This document shows, in pieces, positions 1 to 7,777 of a stretch of DNA of 33,880 nucleotides. A program made the position numbers and the translations under genes. Position 1 is the first letter of the stretch, and the number at the start of each line of letters is the position of its first letter. This DNA comes from Planctomycetales bacterium (GTDB taxonomy: Bacteria; Planctomycetota; SBBH01): contig SBBH01000148.1 in assembly GCA_005239795.1 (NCBI GenBank), forward strand, positions 1-33,880, read 5' to 3'. Below the pieces are notes generated by a model, which saw only the letters and a list, made by a program, of their open reading frames with translations, did no database searches and had not been told where the DNA came from.

Positions 1-343
1 AGACGAGGACGCGCGGCTTTCGGGAGGCGGCCGCGATCGCCGCGACGAGATGGCGCGTTCCCGCGACACGGCTTTCGCGGATCCTCTCCTTGACGCTGTC
101 GTTCCAGCGGCGGTCCGCGACCGGTTCCCCGGCGAGGTGAAAGATGACGTCGACATCCCGCAGGAGATCCGCCGGCGGGACTTTCGTGCCGGGGTCCCAG
201 CGGCGCACTTCGGCGGCGAGGCCCGCGAGCCGCGCGCGAGAGCGCTCCGGGTCTCGGCTCGAAACGATTGGAGCTTCCAGGCTTGCTAAAAGCCGCCTTC
301 CGATAAATCCCGTTGCTCCCGTCACCAACGCTTTGGTTTTCAT
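1..343 (-). CDS. TIGR01777-family NAD(P)-dependent oxidoreductase/epimerase (5' part; runs off window)
   Basis: Not in ORF track. Manual translation from ATG 343 gives MKTKALVTGATGFIGRRLL...DVDVIFHLAGEPVADRRWNDSVKRRIRESRVAGTRHLV, with a Rossmann GxxGxxG and a 'LAGEP..RW....K..I.ESR' segment typical of YfcH/TIGR01777. Confidence 0.85.
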   Translation of the reverse strand, partial: MKTKALVTGATGFIGRRLLASLEAPIVSSRDPERSRARLAGLAAEVRRWDPGTKVPPADLLRDVDVIFHLAGEPVADRRWNDSVKERIRESRVAGTRHLVAAIAAASRKPRVLV

Positions 344-362
344 GGTCGCGGTGCAGAAGCTT

Positions 363-410
363 CAGGATTCGCGCAATCAAACACAGCAGTTATTTCCGCA
401 CGGCGTCTTA
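363..410. mobile_element. MITE-like element, B-end...A-end copy
   Basis: CA|GGATTCGCGCAA...CAGTTATTTCCGCACGGCGTCT|TA. The reverse complement of 387-411 matches 4840-4864 at 24/25 nt, and the left end matches the B-end at 4967. Confidence 0.65.
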
Positions 411-469
411 GTCTCAGCCGGGTCTTTAGGAATGTCAAGCAGGGCGCGGGTGGGATTTCCCATTCTGGG

Positions 470-475
470 TATAAT
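470..475 (+). promoter_or_regulatory. -10 box (TATAAT), probable leaderless promoter of rhomboid gene
   Basis: Perfect TATAAT 6 nt before GTG 482; no Shine-Dalgarno. Confidence 0.55.
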
Positions 476-481
476 AAAGCC

Positions 482-1318
482 GTGGGCATGTACGACAGAG
501 ACTATGCCCGGGAGCCCTGGGGGGCGGGTGCCTCGCGGCTCTCAATCTGGACAGCTACCAAACTTCTGATTGCAACCAACGTCGCCGTCTTCGTCGTCCA
601 GCTGTTCTTGGATTCTTTCCTCAAAACATGGTTTGCCCTGCATCCCGAGGATGTCATCCACCGCGGGTTCCTCTGGCAACTGGTAACCTATGCTTTCCTT
701 CACGACGCGGGAAACGTCTTTCATCTTTTTTTCAATATGCTCTTTTTGTGGTGGTTTGGCGGGGAGCTTGAGGAGATCTATGGGAGCCGCCGCTTCCTGG
801 GGGTCTATCTGGGAAGCGGGATTTTCGGGGGGCTCGTGCAGACGACGACGGCGTTCCTCACAGGACGCCTGGAAAGTTATGCACTAGGGGCGTCCGCGTG
901 CGTTTTAGGGCTCCTGGTGCTGGCCACCTTGAGGGATCCTCGGCGGATCGTCTATCTCTGGATGATCATCCTGGTTCCGATCCAGCTTCGTTTTCTGACC
1001 TTGTTCTACGTGGCGGTCGATCTCCTCGGGTTCGCGCGCGGTGATGGGGGAGTCGCCTATGCCGCGCACCTGGGAGGTGCGGCATGGGGAGCCCTCTGGT
1101 GGCTGTCTCATGAGCGGGGGGTGGGGCTCCGCGTCCCCTGGCCCCAGCGTCGGCGGCGGCGCCTGAGGCTTGTTGAACCCAGGCGTGAGGGTCCCGCTCC
1201 GGAGATCCGGGCCGAGGTGGACAGGCTTCTGGAGAAAATTTCCTCTGGCGGGATCGATTCGCTCACCGCCGCCGAGCGGGAATATCTGGCCCGCGCCAGC
1301 CGGGAGTTTCGGCACTGA
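482..1318 (+). CDS. Rhomboid-family intramembrane serine protease with short C-terminal DUF6576-like tail
   Basis: WQLVTYAFLH, HLFFNM, catalytic GAS and AHLGG motifs; multiple TM segments; tail 'EVDRLLEKISSGGIDSLTAAEREYL'. Confidence 0.92.
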   Translation: MGMYDRDYAREPWGAGASRLSIWTATKLLIATNVAVFVVQLFLDSFLKTWFALHPEDVIHRGFLWQLVTYAFLHDAGNVFHLFFNMLFLWWFGGELEEIYGSRRFLGVYLGSGIFGGLVQTTTAFLTGRLESYALGASACVLGLLVLATLRDPRRIVYLWMIILVPIQLRFLTLFYVAVDLLGFARGDGGVAYAAHLGGAAWGALWWLSHERGVGLRVPWPQRRRRRLRLVEPRREGPAPEIRAEVDRLLEKISSGGIDSLTAAEREYLARASREFRH

Positions 1319-1355
1319 ACAGCCGAGGGAGGGACGGAGTCTGACGCGTGCATGG

Positions 1356-1493
1356 TCGTGGTGCATGGTTCGTGGTGCGCCTGTCCGCTGCGTAAGTAAG
1401 ATTGAAGGTTGATCAGCACGATGCAGGCAGGTGGTCGGGACTCAAGGACAGTGTTGCGTTTTTTTCCTGCGAACCACGAGCCATGAATCACGA
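1356..1493. repeat. Imperfect inverted repeat made of heptamer units between convergent genes
   Basis: 1356-1380 is the reverse complement of 1469-1493 at 21/25 positions; units such as TTCGTGG/TGCATGG. Confidence 0.55.
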
Positions 1494-1521
1494 TCAACGA
1501 GCCAGCGGATCCCCTGGATCT

Positions 1522-2148
1522 CTATCTCGCTGGCGTCCGTTCGATTTTCTTTAGGGCTTCCAGGAACTTCATGGCGACCTCGCGCGAACGGATCCGGACG
1601 TTCGCCTCATGGTTGTCCTTGAGGGCGGCTCCGGTCCAGTTGGCACTTCCCACAAAGACGGTCTCGTCGTCGATCACGACGATTTTGGCGTGGGTCACGG
1701 TTTCCAGACCATCGACAAACACCGGCACGCCCGCCTGACGCAGGCGTGCGATCGCCTCCTCGTTTTTCTTTTCAAGTGTCCGTCGCTCGGCGTCGCTTTC
1801 CTTCCAATAGGTCCGGTTGGCGTCGAAAAGCGCTTCGACCCGGACGCCCCGCGCATGGGCGGCCACGAGGTCCTCGATCAGGATCGTCTCAAGAGAGCGG
1901 GGTTTTTCGGGGTTGTAGGCAACGCGGTACATGACGCAGACGATCGAGCGGCGCGCCTCTGTTAGCGCTGCATGGAGAGAGGGAAAGTAGTCGCCATCCA
2001 TGAGAGGCGTTGCTTCGAGGGAGGCCGGCGGATCGGGGGCGGGAGAGGCGCTGGCTGCGTCGGGGTTCCGGAAGAGCCAGAGGCCAACTGCGGTGGCCGA
2101 GAGCGTCAAGAGATAAAAAAGGAGAGCGTCTCTGCGGCTGGCCGACAT
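1522..2148 (-). CDS. Membrane-anchored phospholipase D-like (single HKD, Nuc-type) protein
   Basis: HAKIVVID...GSANWT (HxKxxxxD + GSxN); N-terminal TM LLFYLLTLSATAVGLWLF. Start moved to ATG 2148 because the ORF-track extension overlaps the vWA gene. Confidence 0.85.
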   Translation of the reverse strand: MSASRRDALLFYLLTLSATAVGLWLFRNPDAASASPAPDPPASLEATPLMDGDYFPSLHAALTEARRSIVCVMYRVAYNPEKPRSLETILIEDLVAAHARGVRVEALFDANRTYWKESDAERRTLEKKNEEAIARLRQAGVPVFVDGLETVTHAKIVVIDDETVFVGSANWTGAALKDNHEANVRIRSREVAMKFLEALKKIERTPAR

Positions 2149-2155
2149 GTGCTCG

Positions 2156-3787
2156 TCAATACCCCTTGGGCGGAGGGGAGATGGGAGGAAAAGGCAGCCC
2201 TCCTTTTCCATGCTTGGAATCGTTCTGGGGCCTGTTGAACTCGATCTGTATTGATTCGTCCGCCTTTGCCTTTTCGATCTCCTGGGCCCACCATGCCCAG
2301 GGGGTTTCCGCGTGGAGCTCCTTGAGGAGTTTGGTGAGGGGACTGTTTTCCGACGAGCCGGCCGGCTGGAGGGTGAACGTGATCTCGACCTGGGCCTTGG
2401 GATCAAGTGCGGTGCAGCCGGAGAACTTTCCCTTGTCGACCGCTTCCCGGAGGAGTCTGACGCGTTCGGCGAGCCGCGCTCTCTCTTCCCCCAGGACGAG
2501 GAGCGACAGGAGGGCGTTTGCCTCCCAGCGGCTGTCGGAACGGGCGGCGGCCTCGTCCTTCCAGATTTTTTTCTTTTTAGCATTCGCGTTCTTCAGGTCG
2601 CCGATCACCTCGTAAATCTGGGCTTCGCTTTCCTCGATTTGTTGGATCTCTTCCCGGCTGGTGATGAGGAGCTTGCCGATGTCGACGAGGGCCTCGCCGG
2701 CCAGGACGGTGAATTCAGCGGAGGATTTGGGCGGGAAAGGGCCGCACAGGGAGTCGGCGTGTTTGGCGGCGCGCTGGCGGCGGATCTCGTCGAGGATTGT
2801 TTTCAACCGCTTGCCATAGTCGGTCTCGGGGGTCCTATCCGCCGCATAGCTCGGTCGGTAATGCGCTTGCATCTTCTTTCGGTCGACCGGGACGGGAGAA
2901 GGGTCGGGGTCAGGGACCACGAAGTAGGCGCCGCCCGAGTTGTTTGCGAGCCTGGCCGGCGCGTAGAACCCGAAGCCGGACGGGATTTTGAGGTCTTCCG
3001 GCGGCGGGAGGAGGCGGGCCGCGGGGCCTGGAAGAATTTTTTGTTGCTTGGGGATTACACGGTTCGGGTGGACGGCCAGCTCCATGTCGGGGGATTCCGG
3101 GCCGACCGTTAGCGTGATGTTTCCTTGCCCCTGGAGATTTTTGTCTGTGTATCGGACCCGTTTTTTCATTGTGGCTGTCTGGAAACCTGCCTCGGCCCCG
3201 ATGCAGAAGAATTGCGCCTTTTGGGTCAGGAGCTCCTTTTCCACATCGTCGACTTTGGCCGCGTCGTCGCCTGCCTCATCGGTCACGAGGACGATGATCT
3301 TTTGGCTGTCGTCCGCCTTGAAATCGTTGAGCACAGCCAGGACCGCGGCCATCGGCGTCTCCCTGCCGCTGTCGTCGGGCTTGATCGTCCGGATTGCTTG
3401 CGCAATCAGTTTCTCGTCTTGGGTCGGTTTCTGGACGAGGACTGTCTTTTCCCCAACGCTGTAGACAGTCATCAGGAGATTTTCGTGATGGCGCACTTTT
3501 TTTTGGAGCATTTTAAGGAGGTTGTCCACCTCACCGGCGAGGATTTCACGGTCATCATGCATGCTTTGGGATCGATCGAAGATCCAGGCGACAAGGATTT
3601 TGCCCGCAAGGGGTTTGTCCGCCTTCAGGATCCGCGTCCCGAGAGTCTGGGCTGCCTCTGCGGTGTCATCGACCCATGCATTGGCGCCAGGGTCGGAAGG
3701 CGGTTTAGTTTCTTCGGCCTGGTGCTGGGGGGCTGCCGCCAAAGCGCAGAGGATGAAGCCGGCAATCCTGGTTTGTCGTCTAAGCAT
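2156..3787 (-). CDS. Secreted von Willebrand factor A (vWA) domain protein
   Basis: Signal peptide MLRRQTRIAGFILCALAAA from ATG 3787; MIDAS DRSQS and 'VLVTDEAGDD'; helical C-terminal region. Confidence 0.8.
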   Translation of the reverse strand: MLRRQTRIAGFILCALAAAPQHQAEETKPPSDPGANAWVDDTAEAAQTLGTRILKADKPLAGKILVAWIFDRSQSMHDDREILAGEVDNLLKMLQKKVRHHENLLMTVYSVGEKTVLVQKPTQDEKLIAQAIRTIKPDDSGRETPMAAVLAVLNDFKADDSQKIIVLVTDEAGDDAAKVDDVEKELLTQKAQFFCIGAEAGFQTATMKKRVRYTDKNLQGQGNITLTVGPESPDMELAVHPNRVIPKQQKILPGPAARLLPPPEDLKIPSGFGFYAPARLANNSGGAYFVVPDPDPSPVPVDRKKMQAHYRPSYAADRTPETDYGKRLKTILDEIRRQRAAKHADSLCGPFPPKSSAEFTVLAGEALVDIGKLLITSREEIQQIEESEAQIYEVIGDLKNANAKKKKIWKDEAAARSDSRWEANALLSLLVLGEERARLAERVRLLREAVDKGKFSGCTALDPKAQVEITFTLQPAGSSENSPLTKLLKELHAETPWAWWAQEIEKAKADESIQIEFNRPQNDSKHGKGGLPFPPISPPPKGY

Positions 3788-3914
3788 AATCTGTTGCCAG
3801 GGTAGCACGCGGCCTAGGGGGAGGGCAAACCGATGGGGTGCACGTGTTTCCCCAGTTTGGGTTTTCAGCCCTCGAATTTCGTTCTGCCAGGTCCAGGGAC
3901 TATAATGCGCCCTT

Positions 3915-4865
3915 ATGAAGTCGATCGGAGTGCGGGATCCCCTCGGAACCGTCCTTGCCGGAGGACTCACGGGGCGGCCGTTTCTGGAAGCGTTGCGCCG
4001 CGAGGTGGCGGCCACCGCCGGGGTGGGGCATTCGCTTCTTGGGCGGATGTCGACGGACCCCCGGTCGCGTGCTGATTTCTGCGTCATCGCGCTCCAGCAT
4101 TATCCGCTTGTTACGGTGTTCACGCGCTATCTCGAGATGCTCCTTCTCGCGGCCCCCGATTCCGAGGCGAAAATGTGGCTAGCGAAAGTTTTGGTCGACG
4201 AATACGGGGAAGGATCGCGGGGTCTTGATCACGCCTCGCTCTACCGAAATTTCCTGCGGGCGACCGGGGTTCCCGAGGGACAGGAGCGCAAGGCTCGCTT
4301 GCATCCGGCTGTTGTTGAGTTCATCTTCGAACATCTTCGGATCGCAGCCCGGGAGCCGTTCCTCGTGGGGCTGGGAGCCGTGGGGCCCGGCCACGAATGG
4401 GCGATCCCGGCGATGTTCGCGCGCATGATTCAAGGCCTGCGCGCCGCAGGGTTTGCCGACGGCCAGATCGAGTATTTCCTGTTGCATGTCGAACAGGACA
4501 AGGATCACGGGGCATGGCTTGAAGAGGCCCTGGTGCGCTACGCTCTGACCCCTGAGGCGTGCGGCCAGATTCGAAAAGGGGCGCTCTTGTCCCTGGCCTT
4601 GCGCGAGCAGTTCTGGTGGGGGGTGGCCGACAAGCTGAACGCCGAGCGGATGCGCCAACGGACGGGGCTTTCTCCCAGCACCGCAGGGAGCGAGTCCCGG
4701 GAGTTGACGCTTGAAGAGTTAGAACAGCTTGTGTGTCCCCGCGTGGAATTTCCGTTCGATTCCCCAGCGGGATCCACGGGGGTGCCGAACTGGGCCGCGC
4801 AGGGAGGATTAGAGGGGGAGCTGATGAAAACCGAATCCCCTAAGGCGCCGTGCGGAAATAACTGA
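3915..4865 (+). CDS. Heme-oxygenase-like diiron (iron-containing redox enzyme, CADD/PqqC-like fold) protein
   Basis: DEYGEG..LDH, GPGHEW and YFLLHVEQDKDH give the E/H/E/H-x3-D-x2-H ligand pattern of HDO enzymes. TATAAT at 3901-3906. Last 7 residues and the stop codon derive from the inserted element. Confidence 0.8.
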   Translation: MKSIGVRDPLGTVLAGGLTGRPFLEALRREVAATAGVGHSLLGRMSTDPRSRADFCVIALQHYPLVTVFTRYLEMLLLAAPDSEAKMWLAKVLVDEYGEGSRGLDHASLYRNFLRATGVPEGQERKARLHPAVVEFIFEHLRIAAREPFLVGLGAVGPGHEWAIPAMFARMIQGLRAAGFADGQIEYFLLHVEQDKDHGAWLEEALVRYALTPEACGQIRKGALLSLALREQFWWGVADKLNAERMRQRTGLSPSTAGSESRELTLEELEQLVCPRVEFPFDSPAGSTGVPNWAAQGGLEGELMKTESPKAPCGNN

Positions 4866-5047
4866 TCTGTTTGATTAGGAGGGCCCACAGGGCATGAACG
4901 AATATCTCGGAGATCATGCGCGAGAGATCTTTTCACCTATTTCCTTTACGCACGGCGCCTTATATAGGATTCGCGCAAAAATAAAAGGAGGTTGAAAAAA
5001 AACGGATACGACGGTCAACGACAGAAGTTATTTTTGCGCGAATCCTA
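4841..5047. mobile_element. Composite MITE-like insertion (A..A + TATATA + B..B), TA-flanked
   Basis: 14-bp perfect IR TAAGGCGCCGTGCG at 4841-4854/4949-4962; 21-bp perfect IR ATAGGATTCGCGCAAAAATAA at 4964-4984/5028-5048; AT-rich interior; same ends recur at 363-410 and 20572-20621. Confidence 0.75.
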
Positions 5048-5994
5048 TCGACGGCGTTCTGCTGGTGGCATTCGGCGGGCCCACGCCCGGCTGTTGCGGG
5101 GTGCGCACCCCCTGCCCAGGGGAGGCGTATTGCTTTGTCGAGGGGGTCTTGGGGTGGGAGACCCAGCGCACGGCGCGCGTCGAGGAAGTGGCCGCCCATT
5201 ACCAGCATCTCGGAGGATTCTCGCCGTTCAACCGGTTCACGGAGGAGCAGGCTGGGGCTCTTTCGCGCGAGCTTGCAAGCCGGGGAGTGGATCTGCCAGT
5301 CTGGGTCGGCTACCGGCACTGGGCCCCCTACGTGAAAGAGGTGATGGCCGGAATTTCCCGCGAAGGATGCCGGCGGCTTCTGGCGGTGATTATGGCGCCG
5401 CACCAGTCGACGGTGAGCTGGGACTGGTATCTGAAGGTGGTTGGGGAGGCGCTCGACCCCTTGGGAGAGGCGGCTCCGCAGGTGAAATTCCTCGATCCCT
5501 GGTGGCGCCATCCAGGGTTTGTGGAGGCCTGGGCCGAACGTGTGCGCGAGGCCCTGGCGGGATGGGAGCCCGGGCGCGCCGCGCGGGCTGAGCTTATCTT
5601 CACGGCGCACGCGATCCCGCACGCGATCGCGCGCACGGGACCGTACACGCAGCAGTTTGAGGAGACGGCCTCGGCTGTCGCGAGGAGGCTCGAGCGGCCG
5701 TTCACCTTGGCCTACCAGAGCGGTCCGGAGAATCCGGCGATCCCCTGGACCGACCCTGACATCTGCGAGGTGATGCGTCAACGTGCCAAGAGCGGCCGGG
5801 ATTTTGTCGCCGCTCCCGTCGGTTTCCTCTGCGACAACGTCGAGGTCCTCTACGATCTGGATATCGCGGCGCGGCAGATCGCCCAGGCGCAGGGCTCGGG
5901 TTTTGTCCGGGCCGGCACTGTCGGAACCCATCCCCGATTCATCGGGATGCTGGCGGATCTCGTGGTCGAGCGCATCGGCCGCACCAGAATCTAG
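5047..5994 (+). CDS. hemH: Ferrochelatase (N-terminus interrupted by insertion; first in-frame start GTG 5065)
   Basis: IDGVLLVAFGGP, HYQHLGGFSP, GYRHWAPY, FTAHAIP, AYQSG...PWTDPD and PVGFLCDNVEVLYDLD are ferrochelatase signatures. Confidence 0.9.
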   Translation: MDGVLLVAFGGPTPGCCGVRTPCPGEAYCFVEGVLGWETQRTARVEEVAAHYQHLGGFSPFNRFTEEQAGALSRELASRGVDLPVWVGYRHWAPYVKEVMAGISREGCRRLLAVIMAPHQSTVSWDWYLKVVGEALDPLGEAAPQVKFLDPWWRHPGFVEAWAERVREALAGWEPGRAARAELIFTAHAIPHAIARTGPYTQQFEETASAVARRLERPFTLAYQSGPENPAIPWTDPDICEVMRQRAKSGRDFVAAPVGFLCDNVEVLYDLDIAARQIAQAQGSGFVRAGTVGTHPRFIGMLADLVVERIGRTRI

Positions 5995-6448
5995 ATCATT
6001 CTCGAGTTACTGTGCCGGCTCGTTCCTTTCCGGCCGTTTTCCGTTTGGAAATTCTTGTTCATGGCGGCCCTTGTGGCGGTTCGCCTTTTCGTGGGACACT
6101 TCATTGAGAGAGGCGCCCCTACGGGCGGTTCGCGTGTCCGCGGGACGCTCGGCACGCGATCTGGCCGCCAAGAGCGTGCCTCGCTGCAGTCCGGTTGACG
6201 GCCGGAGGGCCAAGGCATCCAAGTTGTTCCTTCGATGGAAGTCCGCCTCCGGCCTACCGGACAGCCCCGCGACCACGCTCCCGCCCCGGGGCGCGTGCTT
6301 CCTTGTGAATCCCGCCCGCGGATAAAAAACAACAGAGCTTCCCCCGCCCACCCAAGAGGTATCGCCGTCCCTTCGGGCCGGCTTTTTCGATCGGCCCATG
6401 TTCTTCACAACAGAAACAGCGAGCGCTTCTCGCCTCCGGCCACCTAAA

Positions 6449-6522
6449 GGAAGAGGGGCCGCCGAGGTGGCGATGGGACCCGCCGAGGCGGCCCCTTCCA
6501 CTTGTTGTGTTTTTTTGTTGTT
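6449..6522 (+). terminator. GC-rich hairpin followed by T-rich tract (possible intrinsic terminator)
   Basis: AGGGGCCGCC 6454-6463 pairs with GGCGGCCCCT 6487-6496; T-rich tract 6501-6522. Confidence 0.4.
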
Positions 6523-6861
6523 CAGGGGAGCTGTGTGATACGGCGGCCGCTCGCGGCCCGCGGCGGGAGCGTTCGACGAGGCGTGTGAGGCCGGTCGCGG
6601 TGCGGTCCGGCATCGAAGGGGATATTCCTCATCGGCTCCACCGCGACCGTCGCCGAACTCGAGTGAGGTATGGGTTGGGGAGTCGTTTCCATGCCGAACG
6701 ACCTCGGAGAATGCAACCGCCGATAGGGCCGCAAACGGAGCGGCCGCCTGAAGGTGGTGTCTTGCACGAAAGCGTCCCAGGCGACCGCGAGGCGACGGAT
6801 GCCGCCAACTGCGACCGCGATAAGAGCAGCCGCCTGAGTGGCGCTGTACTCAGCGCTTCTG

Positions 6862-7314
6862 TTACTTCCGTTCCGGCGTCTGCGTCGGCGCGTAGCGGTC
6901 GGCCGTGTCGAACCGCGGGGTGAAAATCGAGATCGCGGCGGCGGGGGCGGGCCCCTTGTTTTTGAAGCCGTGCACGGCCAGGCGGGGGATGACCAAGAGA
7001 TCGCCGGCTTTCACCTCGCGGGCCTGGCCGTCGATTGTGAAGGTCCCCTCTCCTTCGAGGATGTAGACCGTCTCGTCGTGCTCCTTGTGGAAGTGGGTGC
7101 TCAAAAAAGCGTTTACCTGGATGAGATTCACAGTGTGGTCGGCGTTTTCAAAAAGAGGGGTTGTCCTGCCGGGTTCCTCAGGTCTGATACGCCCCTGCTG
7201 GAGCGCCTGGAGGGCGCTCCCGACGAAGGCATCGGCCCGGGGGGTGGAGAGAGGGGCGCTCGCGCAGGCACCCAGAAGCAGGAGGGCTGCCGTGGCGAGC
7301 GCCGCGCGCCTCAT
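6862..7314 (-). CDS. Cupin-domain lipoprotein
   Basis: MRRAALATAALLLLGAC lipobox; cupin motifs HFHKEHDETVYILEGEG and GDLLVIPRLAVH; ATG overlaps HIT stop (ATGA). Confidence 0.85.
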   Translation of the reverse strand: MRRAALATAALLLLGACASAPLSTPRADAFVGSALQALQQGRIRPEEPGRTTPLFENADHTVNLIQVNAFLSTHFHKEHDETVYILEGEGTFTIDGQAREVKAGDLLVIPRLAVHGFKNKGPAPAAAISIFTPRFDTADRYAPTQTPERK

Positions 7315-7736
7315 CGATCTGCCGCCTGGCTGTGCCCCAGGGCCTTGAGCGCTGAGCGGATCGTCTCGGCATCGCGGTCGAGTTCGCCATCGCCCGGCGC
7401 CAGAGGGGGATTGGCGAAGTTGATGTCCTGGAGTTTTTCCAGCGGCACGAGGTGGAGATGCACATGCGGCACCTCGAGCCCCACGATCATCATTCCGACC
7501 TTGACCGGTTTGTAGGCGCGCTGGAGGGCTTTCCCGATCGACTGCGCCGCGGTCATGAGGTGGGCGGCGAGGTCGGCCGGCAGGTCCAACCAGTGGTCGA
7601 TTTCCTGCCGGGGGACGACAAGCACGTGGCCGTGGCGCAGGGGGCGGATCGTCAGGAAGGAAACGCAATGCTCATCCCGCCAGACAAAGCGCCCTGGGAT
7701 CTCTCCATGGATGATCCTGGTGAAGAGCGTTGCCAC
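7311..7736 (-). CDS. HIT-family nucleotide hydrolase
   Basis: TLFTRIIHGEIP, GHVLVVP and the histidine triad VPHVHLHLVP. Confidence 0.93.
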   Translation of the reverse strand: MATLFTRIIHGEIPGRFVWRDEHCVSFLTIRPLRHGHVLVVPRQEIDHWLDLPADLAAHLMTAAQSIGKALQRAYKPVKVGMMIVGLEVPHVHLHLVPLEKLQDINFANPPLAPGDGELDRDAETIRSALKALGHSQAADR

Positions 7737-7777
7737 GGGGAAAGAGTATATCGAGGGCGCCGTCGGCCGTCAGCAGC

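Noticed and set aside
1522-3787. PLD + vWA as an anti-phage defence system
   Set aside because: Both proteins appear exported or membrane-anchored, and no helicase, kinase, ATPase or methylase partner is adjacent.
4992-5591. TTG ORF directly after AAGGAGG inside the insertion
   Set aside because: Zero SD-start spacing, and the product is an off-frame shadow of hemH; kept only as a weak frameshift possibility.
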